Below, piece after piece: positions 12,101-24,834 of a stretch of DNA of 64,000 bases (the stretch's first letter is position 1; every line of letters begins with the position of its first letter). The notes beneath the pieces are model-generated. The model worked only from the letters and a program-made list of their open reading frames with translations. It ran no database searches and was not told the origin of the DNA. Position numbers and translations under genes: made by a program. The DNA lies in contig OZ360247.1 in NCBI GenBank assembly GCA_977017645.1, positions 16,430,001 through 16,494,000 of the forward strand, in the 5' to 3' direction. The DNA is from Torpedo marmorata (taxonomy: Eukaryota).

Positions 12101-15100
12101 ATAACAAATCAATTCAACGCCCACAGAGCAGGCTTAATAAATGGGAACTAACCACTCCATCCAACCTTCCTGCAAGACATAAAGCGTATCCCCTTTCCCT
12201 CCTCCTTCATGTCAATTTTTGACCAATTTTATAAATTTAAAATCAATCGACTAGACATATTCCTCCATGTTCTCTTATTGGCTTGGAAACCAGGCAGTCA
12301 ATACATTTATAGTTGAAATAAAACTTACTTTTTTAAACAACCAATGCAATAAATAACAATTAAACACTAAATGTCAATAATAAAGCTGTTGCATAAGGCA
12401 AAATGAAAAATTCCAGATACTGCATTTGGATATTGCTAGATTCTAAATTGGACTTGAAAACCCCTTGGGATAAAGTGAATAGTGTTTTAAGAAATCTGCC
12501 TGGTGTTTACACATAACTTTACAAATCACATCCAGACTTAAGAGCTCCTATTGCTTGTTCCAATTGAATCGTATACTGGTAGTGGCTAAAATATTACAAC
12601 CTGCAACACATCGCACGGTTTCTAGATTTAGCGAAGTTCCATTTTTTCCCCCACATCGCTTCACTTCCCATTATAGAGACGGGAGTACTAACCGCCACTA
12701 CTATATTGCTACACATATGCTGTCCCATCAGACCTTCCAACATGGACACCCACCGTTAGCAGACAGGTCACCGTGGCAACTGTAGTGCATGACAGTTTTG
12801 CATAAAAATAACGTATTACAGCAGATTTTACACAAGCACCAAGTTTAATAGTGCTGGGCTGTGCCTTTCTAACTATTATCCGACAAACATTCTTGGCGAC
12901 TCTTTAACCCATTCTTCACCAGAATCTCAAATCTTTTGGTGCCACCGAAATCATTGTCTTTCAATCCTCCATTCATTGACTATAATCAATTGTCCAGCTT
13001 GTTCTAAATTGTCCAGAACTTTGACATGATGTCTAGTTATTCTGGATTAAAACATTTCTCACTTCTTGAATGTATTCTTGGTTTTTCAACAAAATAACCC
13101 ATTGGGTTTCAATCCGAGTTTGATTGTAAGCCTGGGAAGAAAACTAGGTATAGATGAAAATTGTTTAGGGGGGGGGGGCAAGACATGCTTAACTCTGCCC
13201 TTTGATAGCACCTTATCGTTCATTGAGTAGAACAGATGGGACCTCATGTGGTACCTCAGACATGAGTGCCCCCTTAAGTCCGCAATAGGGAATCAGTACC
13301 AATTTGATGCAGTGGTGAAACGAATAAAAAACAACAACTACTTTTAACTTTGAAGAATCTTCGGCAAAGTTTTTGGCACAAAAAATGCAAGTCATCTACT
13401 CACATCACGAGGGGATGGTGTTGGAGTGTACTGGGTGGAAAACTTTCCCAATGCAATACGAGTGATCAAGCTATTCTGAAAAATGGTGTTACCACGAACA
13501 GAAGAAGGGGCTTACACTTTGTTGTGTTTATATATTGATCACAAGAAAGAAGCAAATCTGGTGTTTCTCAGTGAACTGAATAATCTAACACGAGCATTGA
13601 TAGACAGTCAGATATAAGGAATTACAGATGTGTGCAATCACATTCTTAGAGGACTTTGACATTTGAAAAAGAGATCTATGCCAAAGATTCTGTCACTTTA
13701 GGGGAATCACGAAAGATAGCGATCCTTCATATTTATTGAAACGTTACAAATATATAAACTGCTGTAGAATGGGCAAAACGAACCCCTCCGTTTTGCTGCG
13801 AGTTACAAATTTATAATATTCTGCCAATTATTAAAGAACGGCGTTACAGCTCCAAGAAAGGTCTACCATCCTGCATCAACTCGGAGTCCACGTCACAACC
13901 ATTGAGCGCCATTTCTTTCGCATTTAAAGTGAGGCAAAGTGTATTCCGAACATACACTCGGTGTGATCCCCGGTTACAACAAGGTTCAATTGGTTTCAAT
14001 GCATCATAGATGTATAGGATACAATATGGGGCAGGAAAACACCTACTTGATATCAATTCAATGAAATAATTAACACTAATACTGCAAAAGGTGGTGTCAA
14101 ATTCCTTACCCCGATTTCCAACTATGCTAATCAATAAAACAATCTAGTACAATTTGGAAGTACTATTCATTTCTGTCAAGCTCGTTCTTTCCACTTACAT
14201 GGAACTTAATATGGAAATTGGTGGTTTATTAAGTAATTCGTGTCACTACTGTTATTTTTAAATGATTAATGAAATGTCTTTCATTGTAGGTTCAATGCAC
14301 AGGATGGGGACATTGCGGGAAACTGGTCTGTTTTGCCAAAATACAGAAGAGGCAAGCAATCCAGTGGCTTCGTACTGATTGAATAGTTTTCGCAGCACAC
14401 ATATTTTAGCCGCCAAAGGCGTTTCATTTGACCAACAGTGGCTAGATTTCACATCGCGTTGCACGCAGCTAATAGATGAACTACATTCATGGCGCTCACT
14501 CATAATCCTGTGCCAGCACGTGCTAAATTATTGGACCGGCGAAACCCCAGCATGTGGCTATGTTTGGAATACTTACAGCCATGAAACTTTTGTAAAAATA
14601 CTTATGTGTTCAATCGCAAACAGAACACTTTTTTTGGCTTATAATTTCGGTATTGGGGTTCCCATTCGATAATTTGTTACAATGACGGCCGGTCTCTTTA
14701 TTTGCAATCTATCTCTATTATAGTTGTGCTTCAAATAACACCTCAATGTCTCTGCCCAAGTCACCTGTATCGCTAATTCTATTTATTTTTCGATTTTTTT
14801 TCCCTCCTTTGCCACTCGGGGCCTGTGCACCTTCCTTTGTGTCCACTTCTCTCCTTATCTTTCTTCTTTCCATAGTTTGGAGTTTTACACTCGTGTCTTT
14901 CCCTATTCTTGCCAGCCCCCTTTCATTCTCTACCCCCTTTTCCTTCGTTCCCTTTATGTCCTTATTCCCCTTTATTCCTCCCCCCCCTCCACCCACCCCG
15001 GGGAAGTGTGCAGTAAGCAGTAGCAGAATGGAGCTGACATCAAACATTTAAATTGCTCGCTGCCAGAACTGCCTTTGACATATGGATCCACCGACTGAAT

Positions 15101-16720
15101 GAGTGAAGGCAAAAATAATGTTTCTTGAATTTGGTGACAGTGATAAGGTATCATTATGTAGAAAATATAAGCTCTCCATGAACCTAACAGATGGCGGGCG
15201 ACGAACGTCTTCAATGTCTAGGTGCAACAGTGACACATCACATACTGTACAATTAATCTTTTTCTGTTAACCGAGTAAATTAGTATAATTGTAGGCCCCG
15301 GGCTTCCAGCTAATCACCACTAAACTGTGTGTATATATGTAATAACCCGGAATGTAAAGGGAAAACCATCTTATTATGTTCAACATATTAAATGTGCTTA
15401 AATGCTGAGTTAATAGTAGATACCCGTGACAGTTAACGAAACTCGACTGTGAAGGATATTATGTGAAATGCCTTCAATTCCGTCAAAATATGAATAATCA
15501 CCACTCCCTTTGTCAAGGTATTCGCTCTCTTCTAGGTAACGGGTTTGCTGACTTAAGTAAAACATATTTCAAAACTTTGAAATGGGAAACATTACTGATC
15601 CATGGAACAACTCCCTCCCGAATATCCCACCCCCTCACTGCCATTTTCCTCTAGTGCATAGGGGGAAAAGCTTCAGTCTGAATGCTAGAAAGTAATATAT
15701 GGTACTCACTGAAAAATTAGATGATTGATTTCACCCGTAGTGCTGTCAGCACGGCATCTATTACAGGTACCCATAAACTTTATAACAAGGCGAAGAGCAC
15801 ATAAGATGAATATTTCAAAGTTTTAAAAGCACACAAAAAAGTTTTATTTAAAATTCAAAAGCAGTAATTTATTCAGCTCACAACGTTGATTTATCTATCA
15901 CCTTATTGATAAATTGATTAAATATATTACTTTTTCAAGACAAGCAGTTCTTCACAGCAGAAATATGCCCCTTAAATATACATTATCTTTGTTTTAATGT
16001 TGTAATCAGGCTGAATTTTCAAATTATGGAAAAAGATCCAATCGGATTGACATCATATTTTTTTATGTTTCGTCTTTCTATGAATTGGCTACATATTTTC
16101 ACTGCAAGAACATAAATGACAGTATGGTTATGTTTTATGACACCACATTTCTAAATTTAACTCATAATTTTATGACTTTTTAGCAGATACCAACGAATTA
16201 CAAAATTGGGACATAAAAACGGTGATTAAGTAACATTTGTTATAAGCCCTTTAATCAAAAATCCCACGAGAAACATTACCTTTCCAAAAATCATACGTAC
16301 ATCTCGTAGACTTTAGTACAGAAGCCTTCACCAAAAGATCATTGCAATTTATTTAGAACTGATTCCCCCATCCCCTTCCCCCATCCAACCAACTTGCATA
16401 CGTGCATTAATTTTCACCTACTCTAGACTTGTAAACTACGTAAACTAGAATGTTCCACATCTCTCAACCTGCGCATTTAAAAAAAAATCCCACATCGACC
16501 ATTAGACAATGTCCCTTGCAAATGTTACATTATTCAGATGAAACATAAAGTATGTATTGCAATACCTACTTGAGCTCTGCTGTGCTTCTGTGAGATAGTA
16601 TGCCCAGGTTTTGTAGACAGCTGTTGTTTTTGGTTTGACCAAATCTTTTTAACACTTTAAAGACAATCTTGAATAATTCCAACTTTCTCCCCCTCCCCTC
16701 TCTTTTTTTGAAGGCCGATT

Positions 16721-16806
16721 TGACATTTAAGTGTTGCTATCAGATTGATGCGGATAACTTTGATTGAAAGCTTTTGTGATGTAAATGTCACCCCGGTGAT
16801 GGATCA
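16721..16806 (+). promoter_or_regulatory. Hoxb1 r4 autoregulatory element (ARE): R1, R2, Sox/Oct, R3
   Basis: R1 AGATTGATGC 16742-16751; R2 TGATTGAAAG 16761-16770; Sox-Oct CTTTTGTGATGTAAAT 16771-16786; R3 TGATGGATCA 16797-16806; TGACAT Meis/Prep-like site at 16721. Same order as the mouse ARE. Confidence 0.88.
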
Positions 16807-16991
16807 CCTCATGCAGTTCACTAACATCAGGAGGTCTCTGGCCATTGGTGACTCGAGGTCACGTGAATGTCCTTTTGAGTGATATCGTTTGATTGCTAGC
16901 GAGCCATGGAGGAAGTTTGCTGGGTGACATAGTGCTTGGGGTTTCAGGGGCAGGGAGAATCCCGAACAGGTTGGCCGTCCATCATTAACAG

Positions 16992-17583
16992 ATGGACAAT
17001 ACGAGGATGAACTCTTTCTTAGAGTACGCAATTTGTAATCGTGGGACAAGCGCCTACTCATCCAAGAGTTACCACCATTCAGAACAAGGGATAACAGCTT
17101 TCGCTCCTTGTGCAGGTAATGTTGACAATTACAATGGTGATGGACGATTCTTAGCAGGAGGAAGCGCGCACAATGCACTTCAGCATCAGCACCAGCTAGC
17201 TGGTTATTCGCATCATTCCAACCTGACGAATCCTTATACTACTTCAGGCCCCAACAACTACACGACCCAAACTTCTAACTCTGGTTACAATCACCATTAT
17301 TTTCTCACTCAAGAGTCGGACGAGACGTACTTTCAAACCTCGGGGTACACTGGAAATATAGGACCCACTGTCAATCCACTTTCAGACGCTTATTGTGGTG
17401 TCTCAGGGCCGGGTCAGTATCAGCCTTCGTACAGCCAAGAGCAACAGGGTTTGGCTTATGGAACTTATGCCAATCTGTCGCTATCTCAAGAGGGGGAAAA
17501 GGAAGCTTCCTGCACCTCAGATTCATCTTCTTCAGGCCAAACGTTTGACTGGATGAAAGTGAAAAGAAACCCTCCTAAAACAG
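16992..17583 (+). CDS. hoxb1: Homeobox protein Hox-B1, exon 1 (joins 18334..18677; ~311 aa)
   Basis: MDNTRMNSFLEYAICNRG N-terminus; hexapeptide TFDWMKVKRNPPKT; phase-1 donor ACAG|GTTAGT. Confidence 0.93.
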
Positions 17584-18333
17584 GTTAGTATGAGAGCGGT
17601 CCGAGCCTTTATTTACCTGTAAATGACTTAAGGAAATTGGAGGGGGCAGGGGAATCCAGTTGAAAGACGAATTCAATTTTGCGATTTAATTCTTTATAAA
17701 ATCCCAAACATTTAAAACGTTTAACGTAAATGTTAAAAAAGAAACTTTTGTTGCAAGTTAACACCCAAGATTTCTTCGAATCGTTTTGCCGTGACTTGTT
17801 TGCCCCTCCCCCTTCCCAGAATCAATTGGTCTAAATAAGAGATAAACGGTGGGGATGATTTCGAATTTATGAAAGTGAGCTGAAAATGGCAGGCAGGTCG
17901 TGTGGAAGGCGGGACCGTAGTTTGAAGTGTGATGTGCAATGATCTGTCCGTGGATTTCCACTCGGTGAAACATGATCTCAGAATATAAATGACCAATGTA
18001 TTATTTGAGCGCTGTGTTTCACTCTGAGATGGTTTAGCGCATTTCAGTGAAACAGCTGGGCCAACATTTATTTAAGGAGCCCCAAGCAGCGAAGGGGGGG
18101 GGGCAATTTTTTCTCTCCCATTTATGGCTTGAATAAGGGTTATATTTTGTTCCAGAGCCTTCTTCAATAAGTTGAGTTGAATCTAAACTATAAGGCTCAT
18201 ACTCTTTATGATCTCTTGTTTCTACCAAGTTCCGGGGCACCAAGTGCTGTAGTTGTTGGTGAATGGGGGTTGACTGTGGGGTGGAATTCCTCATGTTGGT
18301 TCGTTGTAATTGTTTTGCCTTGTACGTTTCCAG

Positions 18334-18677
18334 CCAAAATCGCTGATTATGGACTAGCTGGTCAGACGAACACAATACGAACCAATTTCACCACCAAGCA
18401 ATTAACTGAGCTGGAAAAGGAATTTCACTTTAACAAGTACCTCACCCGCGCCCGGAGAGTAGAGATAGCGGCCACGCTCGAGTTGAATGAAACTCAAGTC
18501 AAAATCTGGTTTCAGAATCGCAGGATGAAGCAGAAGAAGCGAGAGAAAGAAGGTTTCGCTCCCAACTTCTCCACTTCCGCAGCGAGAGAAACCGGGGAGG
18601 GATCGGATAAGTCGTCAACCACATCGCCATCCACGTCGCCCAGATCTTCGACATCAGAGAACATCCATACCTCTTAA
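18334..18677 (+). CDS. hoxb1: Homeobox protein Hox-B1, exon 2 (homeodomain)
   Basis: Acceptor TTTCCAG|CC in frame; [56 protein letters not shown] (AATLEL is diagnostic of B1). Confidence 0.95.
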
Positions 18678-18993
18678 CTCTTGCTGTCAAACAAATAGCA
18701 ATACCAAAGGGGAACTTGACTTAATTTCCTTCAATGCAGTTCACCAATGATAATTGCCTTCCTTTTCATGTCACGGTTGTAATAAACTCAGGGAAACTAC
18801 CAAAAAAATATTAGCATTGCACTTTCCACCTGTTTACGCTACTAGAATCACATATCTCGATACCGACGGTTGTACTACCACATGCTATCTGACTGATTGA
18901 GAATATATATTTTAATATGTGGTTTTGACTACCCGCCTTAAGTTATTATTAACTTTGCAAGGAGCGTGGCTTCATTGAGCCTTACTGTACTCG

Positions 18994-19370
18994 CATAGAT
19001 TTCAGACTGTTTTGCATTTAAAAATCATGATTTCAGACCGAATTGTTTGTATATATCAGAAAGCGAGAAAATACACGATTTTTCTGTGGTTTGAAGTATG
19101 TTTCAAGAGATCTGTGGAACTTACTTTGTGATTGCACTACTAATACTGTAACAGGGTTATCGATTCTAAAACATTAGGTTCAGTGAAAGAATGGCTTTAA
19201 GGAATGTAGCGGGCGTACATTGTGTTAACAGGTGTATTAATCTTCGTTCACTTATGTGGCATTTTATGTTCATACTATCTTTTGGGCAAAGTTTGAGTTG
19301 TCTTAAATCGGACACTGAGACTAGACCTTTCCTTACAACAGATGCACATATTTTGCAGAATGTGACAATG
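18994..19370 (+). repeat. hoxb1 3' UTR/flank segment duplicated at 37525-37900 (probable donor copy)
   Basis: CATAGATTTCAGACTG...GAATGTGACAATG occurs at both loci, ~95% identical by eye. Confidence 0.92.
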
Positions 19371-20253
19371 TTGGACCTTTCAATTGTTTTCAAGTCTGAG
19401 AGCAAGCCTCAATGTGAGGTGAAAGCTGCCCCCACCACAACCGCAGAAATGCCTGTTATCATGTTAGCAAAGCGCATCGATGGAAATTTCCTCTGGTCGT
19501 TACTGCTGGACTGTACAATTTCGTTAGAAATGATTGCTGGTGGGCATCTGCAGAAGTTCTACTCTGGTGATGATGCTGTGATTGAATCATCATTTTGTGA
19601 GGGTTATCAGTTGCCTCACAGCTCGTTGGCAGCTCCGCAAACGAGCTCAACATGTTCAATTTTCAACGCAAGTGTTCAGCTACCTCATTCCAATAAAGTT
19701 GATTTGATTATTATAACAATGTGCTTCCTGGTTGTTTTCGTTGCTCTTGGCGTCCTTTCACAAAATAATGCAAAATTATGGGATGTATCTTTGGTCTGCG
19801 ATCGAGCTATAATATCAGGAACAATGCAATGAACTGGACATGTTACATTCTCTGTTCATATTCCACTTTGTCCACTATGAAGTATTCCAATCTCCAGCGA
19901 GTAATCTATCTGTTGGCAGACCATAAATAAACCAATTCACAAAACGAGACCAGGAGATGATTGCTTTCAGCAAATAAAATGGACCTGATATTGGCAAAAC
20001 CCATTAGAAAATAAATACCAGAGTTTTAAACCGTAGAGTTAAGTACAAATGGCTGAAAGAAAACACCCTGTCTGCACATGTGGGTAATTTTTTAAATTGC
20101 TTAATTTGGTGCAGCACAGCAAAGCAGGAACGTGAAGGAAGTTCGTCCAAAATCTCGTTGGTGAATGACATTAAACATATACCCTTCACCGCGTCTTTAA
20201 AGTGAACGTAGAGGCGAAGGAAGGACTGCAGCAGTAAACTCCGGATGCACGGG

Positions 20254-20267
20254 TGACCTTTTTACCT
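20254..20267 (-). promoter_or_regulatory. Hoxb1 3' DR2 retinoic acid response element
   Basis: Reverse strand reads AGGTAA-AA-AGGTCA, matching the known Hoxb1 3' neural DR2 RARE; 1.6 kb past the stop codon. Confidence 0.88.
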
Positions 20268-21002
20268 CCAAACGCCTCTGGGATTAACAAACAAGTCAAT
20301 AAAAGCCGCTTGAGGATGACACCATTGTCCACCTCAGGTGGAAACACTCATGTATATCAATATAGAATGTGTGTATGAGGGAGAAGGGTAAATGGGGTGC
20401 AGAGGGAATGGCAACTTTCAGAGTAAATTGGTTTGCAATTAACGCTGTTAATCAGGATTCGTGTTTTAAACGCAATCATTTCTTACTCCTGCGAGCATTC
20501 CGGACTAAAAGTGGTTTTGGATGAGGGGCATACATCGAAAAGGTAACAAATTATTTTGAGATCGAAAGTGACCAAGACCACCATGTCGAATTCAAACCTG
20601 GCATTCTAACAATTATAAATAAATTCATCCCACACACAAATGCTCTGTCCTTATATTCATTATCATACTCATCAAAATACGCATTGAATCCGACATAGGA
20701 ACATCTTCCTTTTACTAGTTCATGCACCCATTGATGGTCGCAAAATCCATGCATTCGCGGACAGCGAATTAGATATACACAATATTAATCGTCGGGTGTT
20801 TAATACTCACACAACACATAAAAACATATGTATATATACACTCACGAACACAATTGGGTGTACTGGCAACACATTTTCACATTTCACCTTCAAAGCAAAG
20901 TATGAACATTTAGAGGCATTATAACCAATCATTCTTCAATGAGGTATTTTGTTTATACAAAGAGAACTGTGCCCAAATAATTAGACTAGAAATAGTTTGA
21001 TG

Positions 21003-21003
<1 letters not shown>

Positions 21004-21054
<51 letters not shown>
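21004..21054. repeat. (GT)n microsatellite
   Basis: About 24 GT units. Confidence 0.95.
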
Positions 21055-21055
<1 letters not shown>

Positions 21056-23311
21056 GGCGTATGAGTGAGAGAGAAAATGGGTGGGGGTCTGGGTGGAAGG
21101 AAATAATGCTGGAGTTTTAGGAACTGTGGACGCGCTTTTGTTCTCTTTCTGAATGATGTTTAAATATACTAGCTTCGGGAAGAAAACACAGTCGCATTTA
21201 AGAAGCTGAGGAATAAATGGTTTAAACTTGAACCAAAAAAAAAACATTCCCGAGAATGGTGAGAAGTTGTGTAACTTTTTTTCAGGAATGAATGTTTAAT
21301 GTAAAATTTGTCTCCGCCGGTCACTTTCATTCCAACGTTTGTTGACTTTCAATGTATGCTTAGGAATAGTACAAACTTCTACCCAGCCAGCATCCTGTTC
21401 ACCACCGCATGCATGAACAATGCATTTCAATAGAATATCCATGCTGCAGAACAATGATGGAACCAGGGATTCCTATCTGGTTTAGCTTGTGTTGCAGTTC
21501 ACAACAAAGGCGTACAGCTTCCACTGAATTCGGACAGTTGTTACAGAGAATAGTTGCTAACAACGGGGCTCGCTATGACATGTGCCTTTGTCCATTCTTA
21601 CTGTATTGTAAGCACGCTGGGAATTCGTCATCTGTTCATATCACCAAGAAATTCCGTTGAACAGTTTATATTTACACTGCCTTGTACATCAACATTTTAT
21701 TTACATGTGTTTAACTCTCCCCCAACAGTGAGCACATGTGCGAATTATATACTTCTCACGCGACACTTTCAAACGTGCCTTTTGCATTTCGTTGAATCGG
21801 AGAGGGAAAACTTTTGAGAGTGAAAACTTTTGAGAGTGAGTGATCGGCAAAGGTTAGAACAAATTCTCGCGTGGCCCCTCCTCCTTTAAATAATTATATA
21901 AATTAATAGATGACCGCGGAATCCACCACAAACCCTTCAAAGAAATCTGGAAACAAATAAAAGGCTAAAACGCCAATGTCTATTGCTCGATGGCTGCAGG
22001 GGATTTTTTTTTTTAAAAAAGATAAAGAAGTATTTTCAAAGGGACTAACATGTCCTTCGCGAACAGAGAACGCAGCCATCTGCTCCTGACGAGTTTGTGC
22101 TAATTGCGCTGGTTTTGTGGGGGGTTTTTGCCCACCTTTTGATGGAAAGGAAACCACGCTCATAAAATGTATGCCCAGCTTCCTTTGAACTCCCAGCAGA
22201 CCTTTGTCATTCGTATTTCACCCTCTATAAGTTCGGAGTTGGATTGGCTGTAACTTCACGCATTTTAAAATCAAATGCTTGTTCTTCTTTCCCCACCCCA
22301 AAAGTAAATCAATCACGGTTCTTAAAACCGACTTAAGAAGTACGAAACAACGTTCAAAGGTTTAAATACCTTTCAGCATTTCAGCTCTTTCATATCGACA
22401 TCAAGCTTTTATTTTATTTACATTTATATTTCATTCTGCCTACCTATTATTCCTACAAATATACTTCTTAAAAAGTTACATCATATATTGGCCGCGGACT
22501 ATGGTCCAGGTTAGTCCAACCTCCACTGTAGAAGAGAGGGGAATGGGACAAAGAAATTATAGAAACCAAGAAATTAAAAGAGGATTTTACCCATGGACCA
22601 CTAATTTTGTCTGCCCAAATGTGAATTTAGAATTTCTTTCTTTCCTTTTCTTCCTTTCTTTTGAGATCGTTTCATTCCAAATAACCGGAGTGGATAGCAT
22701 CAGAGAGTTGAAAAATAACGCGCAGGTAATCAAGATTTAAAAAATAATCGCAAATAACTTTTTGTATGCAACCTTTTTTGAACGGAGTAAATTGAGAGAT
22801 AAGGAAAATTCGGGCATTATTTTGTCAACATAATTCTACATGCATCAGGATTCCATGAACCAATCTTACATCATATGCGTCTTTTATTTTATTAAAATAA
22901 CTCATTTTTTGTCAGACCACAGAAACGAAACATAGAGTTAAGCAAGTTACCAAATTTATGAAGTACCACCCGTTTCCTGTATTTTCACTAAAAGCGAGAT
23001 TGTAAAATGTTATTGAGTGATTGGGGAGGGAAGGAGCATATGGCAGCTCCTATCTTTTGAATTTAATTGCTGATCACCTCCGCTTCGCTTTACTTAGCAA
23101 GCAGGTGAAGGAGAGTTTGACCTCAATGAAAAACAATGAAGAAGGTGCATTACAATGTTCAGCTCCTTGTGGTTTTACCCCCTTTAAGTTTACATTTGCT
23201 TGACAGGACCATTTCATTCCGGCCATCAGATGGACTCGTTCAATATTTACTCAGGCTGAAAGGTTTGCCCAGGGCCAGCCGCAAGAAGCCAGTTCTCCTT
23301 CTACAGTCCTT

Positions 23312-23328
23312 GGTTCACGGAGAGTTCA
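23312..23328 (+). promoter_or_regulatory. Hoxb1 3' DR5 retinoic acid response element
   Basis: GGTTCA-CGGAG-AGTTCA, a canonical Hox-type DR5 distal to the DR2, as for the mammalian Hoxb1 gut RARE. Confidence 0.88.
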
Positions 23329-23723
23329 CGCCGAAATTAATTCAGCAGTCTGGGTCACTCTTGATTAAGCGTTGGTAGCTCCACGTTTTGGGTCAACCTT
23401 AAACCAGAGGGAACCGCTCTTCTCGTTCCCTGTAGTCCAAGGGCATTGGAGTTGTAAAGCAAATTCTCCTCTTTTTCAAACTCACCTCAAAATTATTTAC
23501 TAAAGTTTGCAAATGTCAAGATAAAGAGCAAGCCGCATCTCATCGAGATTTGGAAAGGTCAAAGGTCGCATCTACACTGAATAAATGAATAGTTAATAGC
23601 AGTTTATGGAAGGCGTTAACCACCCCTGTCTCAACCTCAGAATTTGGAGATGGGGGTATTACAGTCACAATGAAACGGAAATACATTAAAAAAACTATAA
23701 TTTATACCCTCTGAAATAGTGGA

Positions 23724-23790
<67 letters not shown>
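23724..23790. repeat. (ATCT)n microsatellite
   Basis: About 16 ATCT units. Confidence 0.95.
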
Positions 23791-24834
23791 ACACACATTA
23801 AGAAAGGTGAAGACAATTTTTGAAATTTCCAAAGGCTTTCTTTTCTATATTACTAGAAAGTTGGTTTATGCGATGTGCAATCGCTTTAATTATTTAAACA
23901 TTATCCACTATATTATATCAAAATCCATCAATATTTGATTTAACTCAACACAAGAGCGATAAAATATTCGTAGCAAAATCTGTCTCAGATGAATCCATGT
24001 TGCATTAATGAATGTTCTCATTTGGCTTATTTTTTTGTACAGGGGTCACAAAAGCTTAGTTCTCATCTATCAAAGAAACAAGACTTTACGGTAATAACAC
24101 AGCAGCGATGAACTGCTCCAGCAATGCATTATTACAGCCATAAATTCTTATTCATTACATTATGAAAAACAGAAGGGCAAGGGAAATTACTGCAGAAAAC
24201 ACCGCATCTGAAATTTAAGCATAAATATCACAAATGATGACTATTGTCTTTTAAAAATCGAACGCATCAGCGCAAACCCATTAAAAGTATTCGCAAAAGG
24301 ATTCGTTTCGTCTCAAATTCTGGCGTCACAATTAATATCATTCAACTTCATTAAAGTAAAAAATGTGGTTTGGAAGATTTTTTTTTAAAGGTCCCGGAAA
24401 TATCTGACACCAAAGCCTTCCTTCTCCATCAGCGGATGGACACAGGGAAAAAAATCAGGTTAAAATAAAGTTAAAAGTTTCCGTTCATTAAATGCGACAT
24501 CTTAACTAAACCAACCGGGATCTCCATTGTGATACACAGAACCTTGCGTTCAGAAAGCATAAAGCAATGCATTTGTAGGAAGTTAATTATTTTCTTTGGA
24601 TATTTTCTGAAACTTTTTCCTTCGGTTTGCGAATTTAATGCACAAGGGATAAGATACTAAAAACTGAAGTTCACATCTACTTTTACAATGCATGGAGTGT
24701 GCACATATTATGATGGGGACATTTTCACGATTTGACCGTAACTGTTAACAAAAAAAAATACAGTTTTGTGTTTTTCTTAGCACAGAGGTAAGTTTAGTGA
24801 AAGATACACACAAGGCAGACGTCAATATTCCAAT

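Noticed and set aside
760-18677. Assignment to the HoxA or HoxD cluster (both have PG1-3 in cartilaginous fish)
   Set aside because: B-type residues (AATLEL, MNFE, HAKSK.NGSCMR), the ARE and the DR2+DR5 RARE pair all indicate HoxB.
19191-19832. 213-aa ORF downstream of hoxb1 and its partial twin at 37721
   Set aside because: No recognisable domain; the similarity only reflects the non-coding 377-bp duplication.
21806-21839. 16-bp tandem duplication GAAAACTTTTGAGAGT x2
   Set aside because: An ordinary slippage duplication with no further structure.
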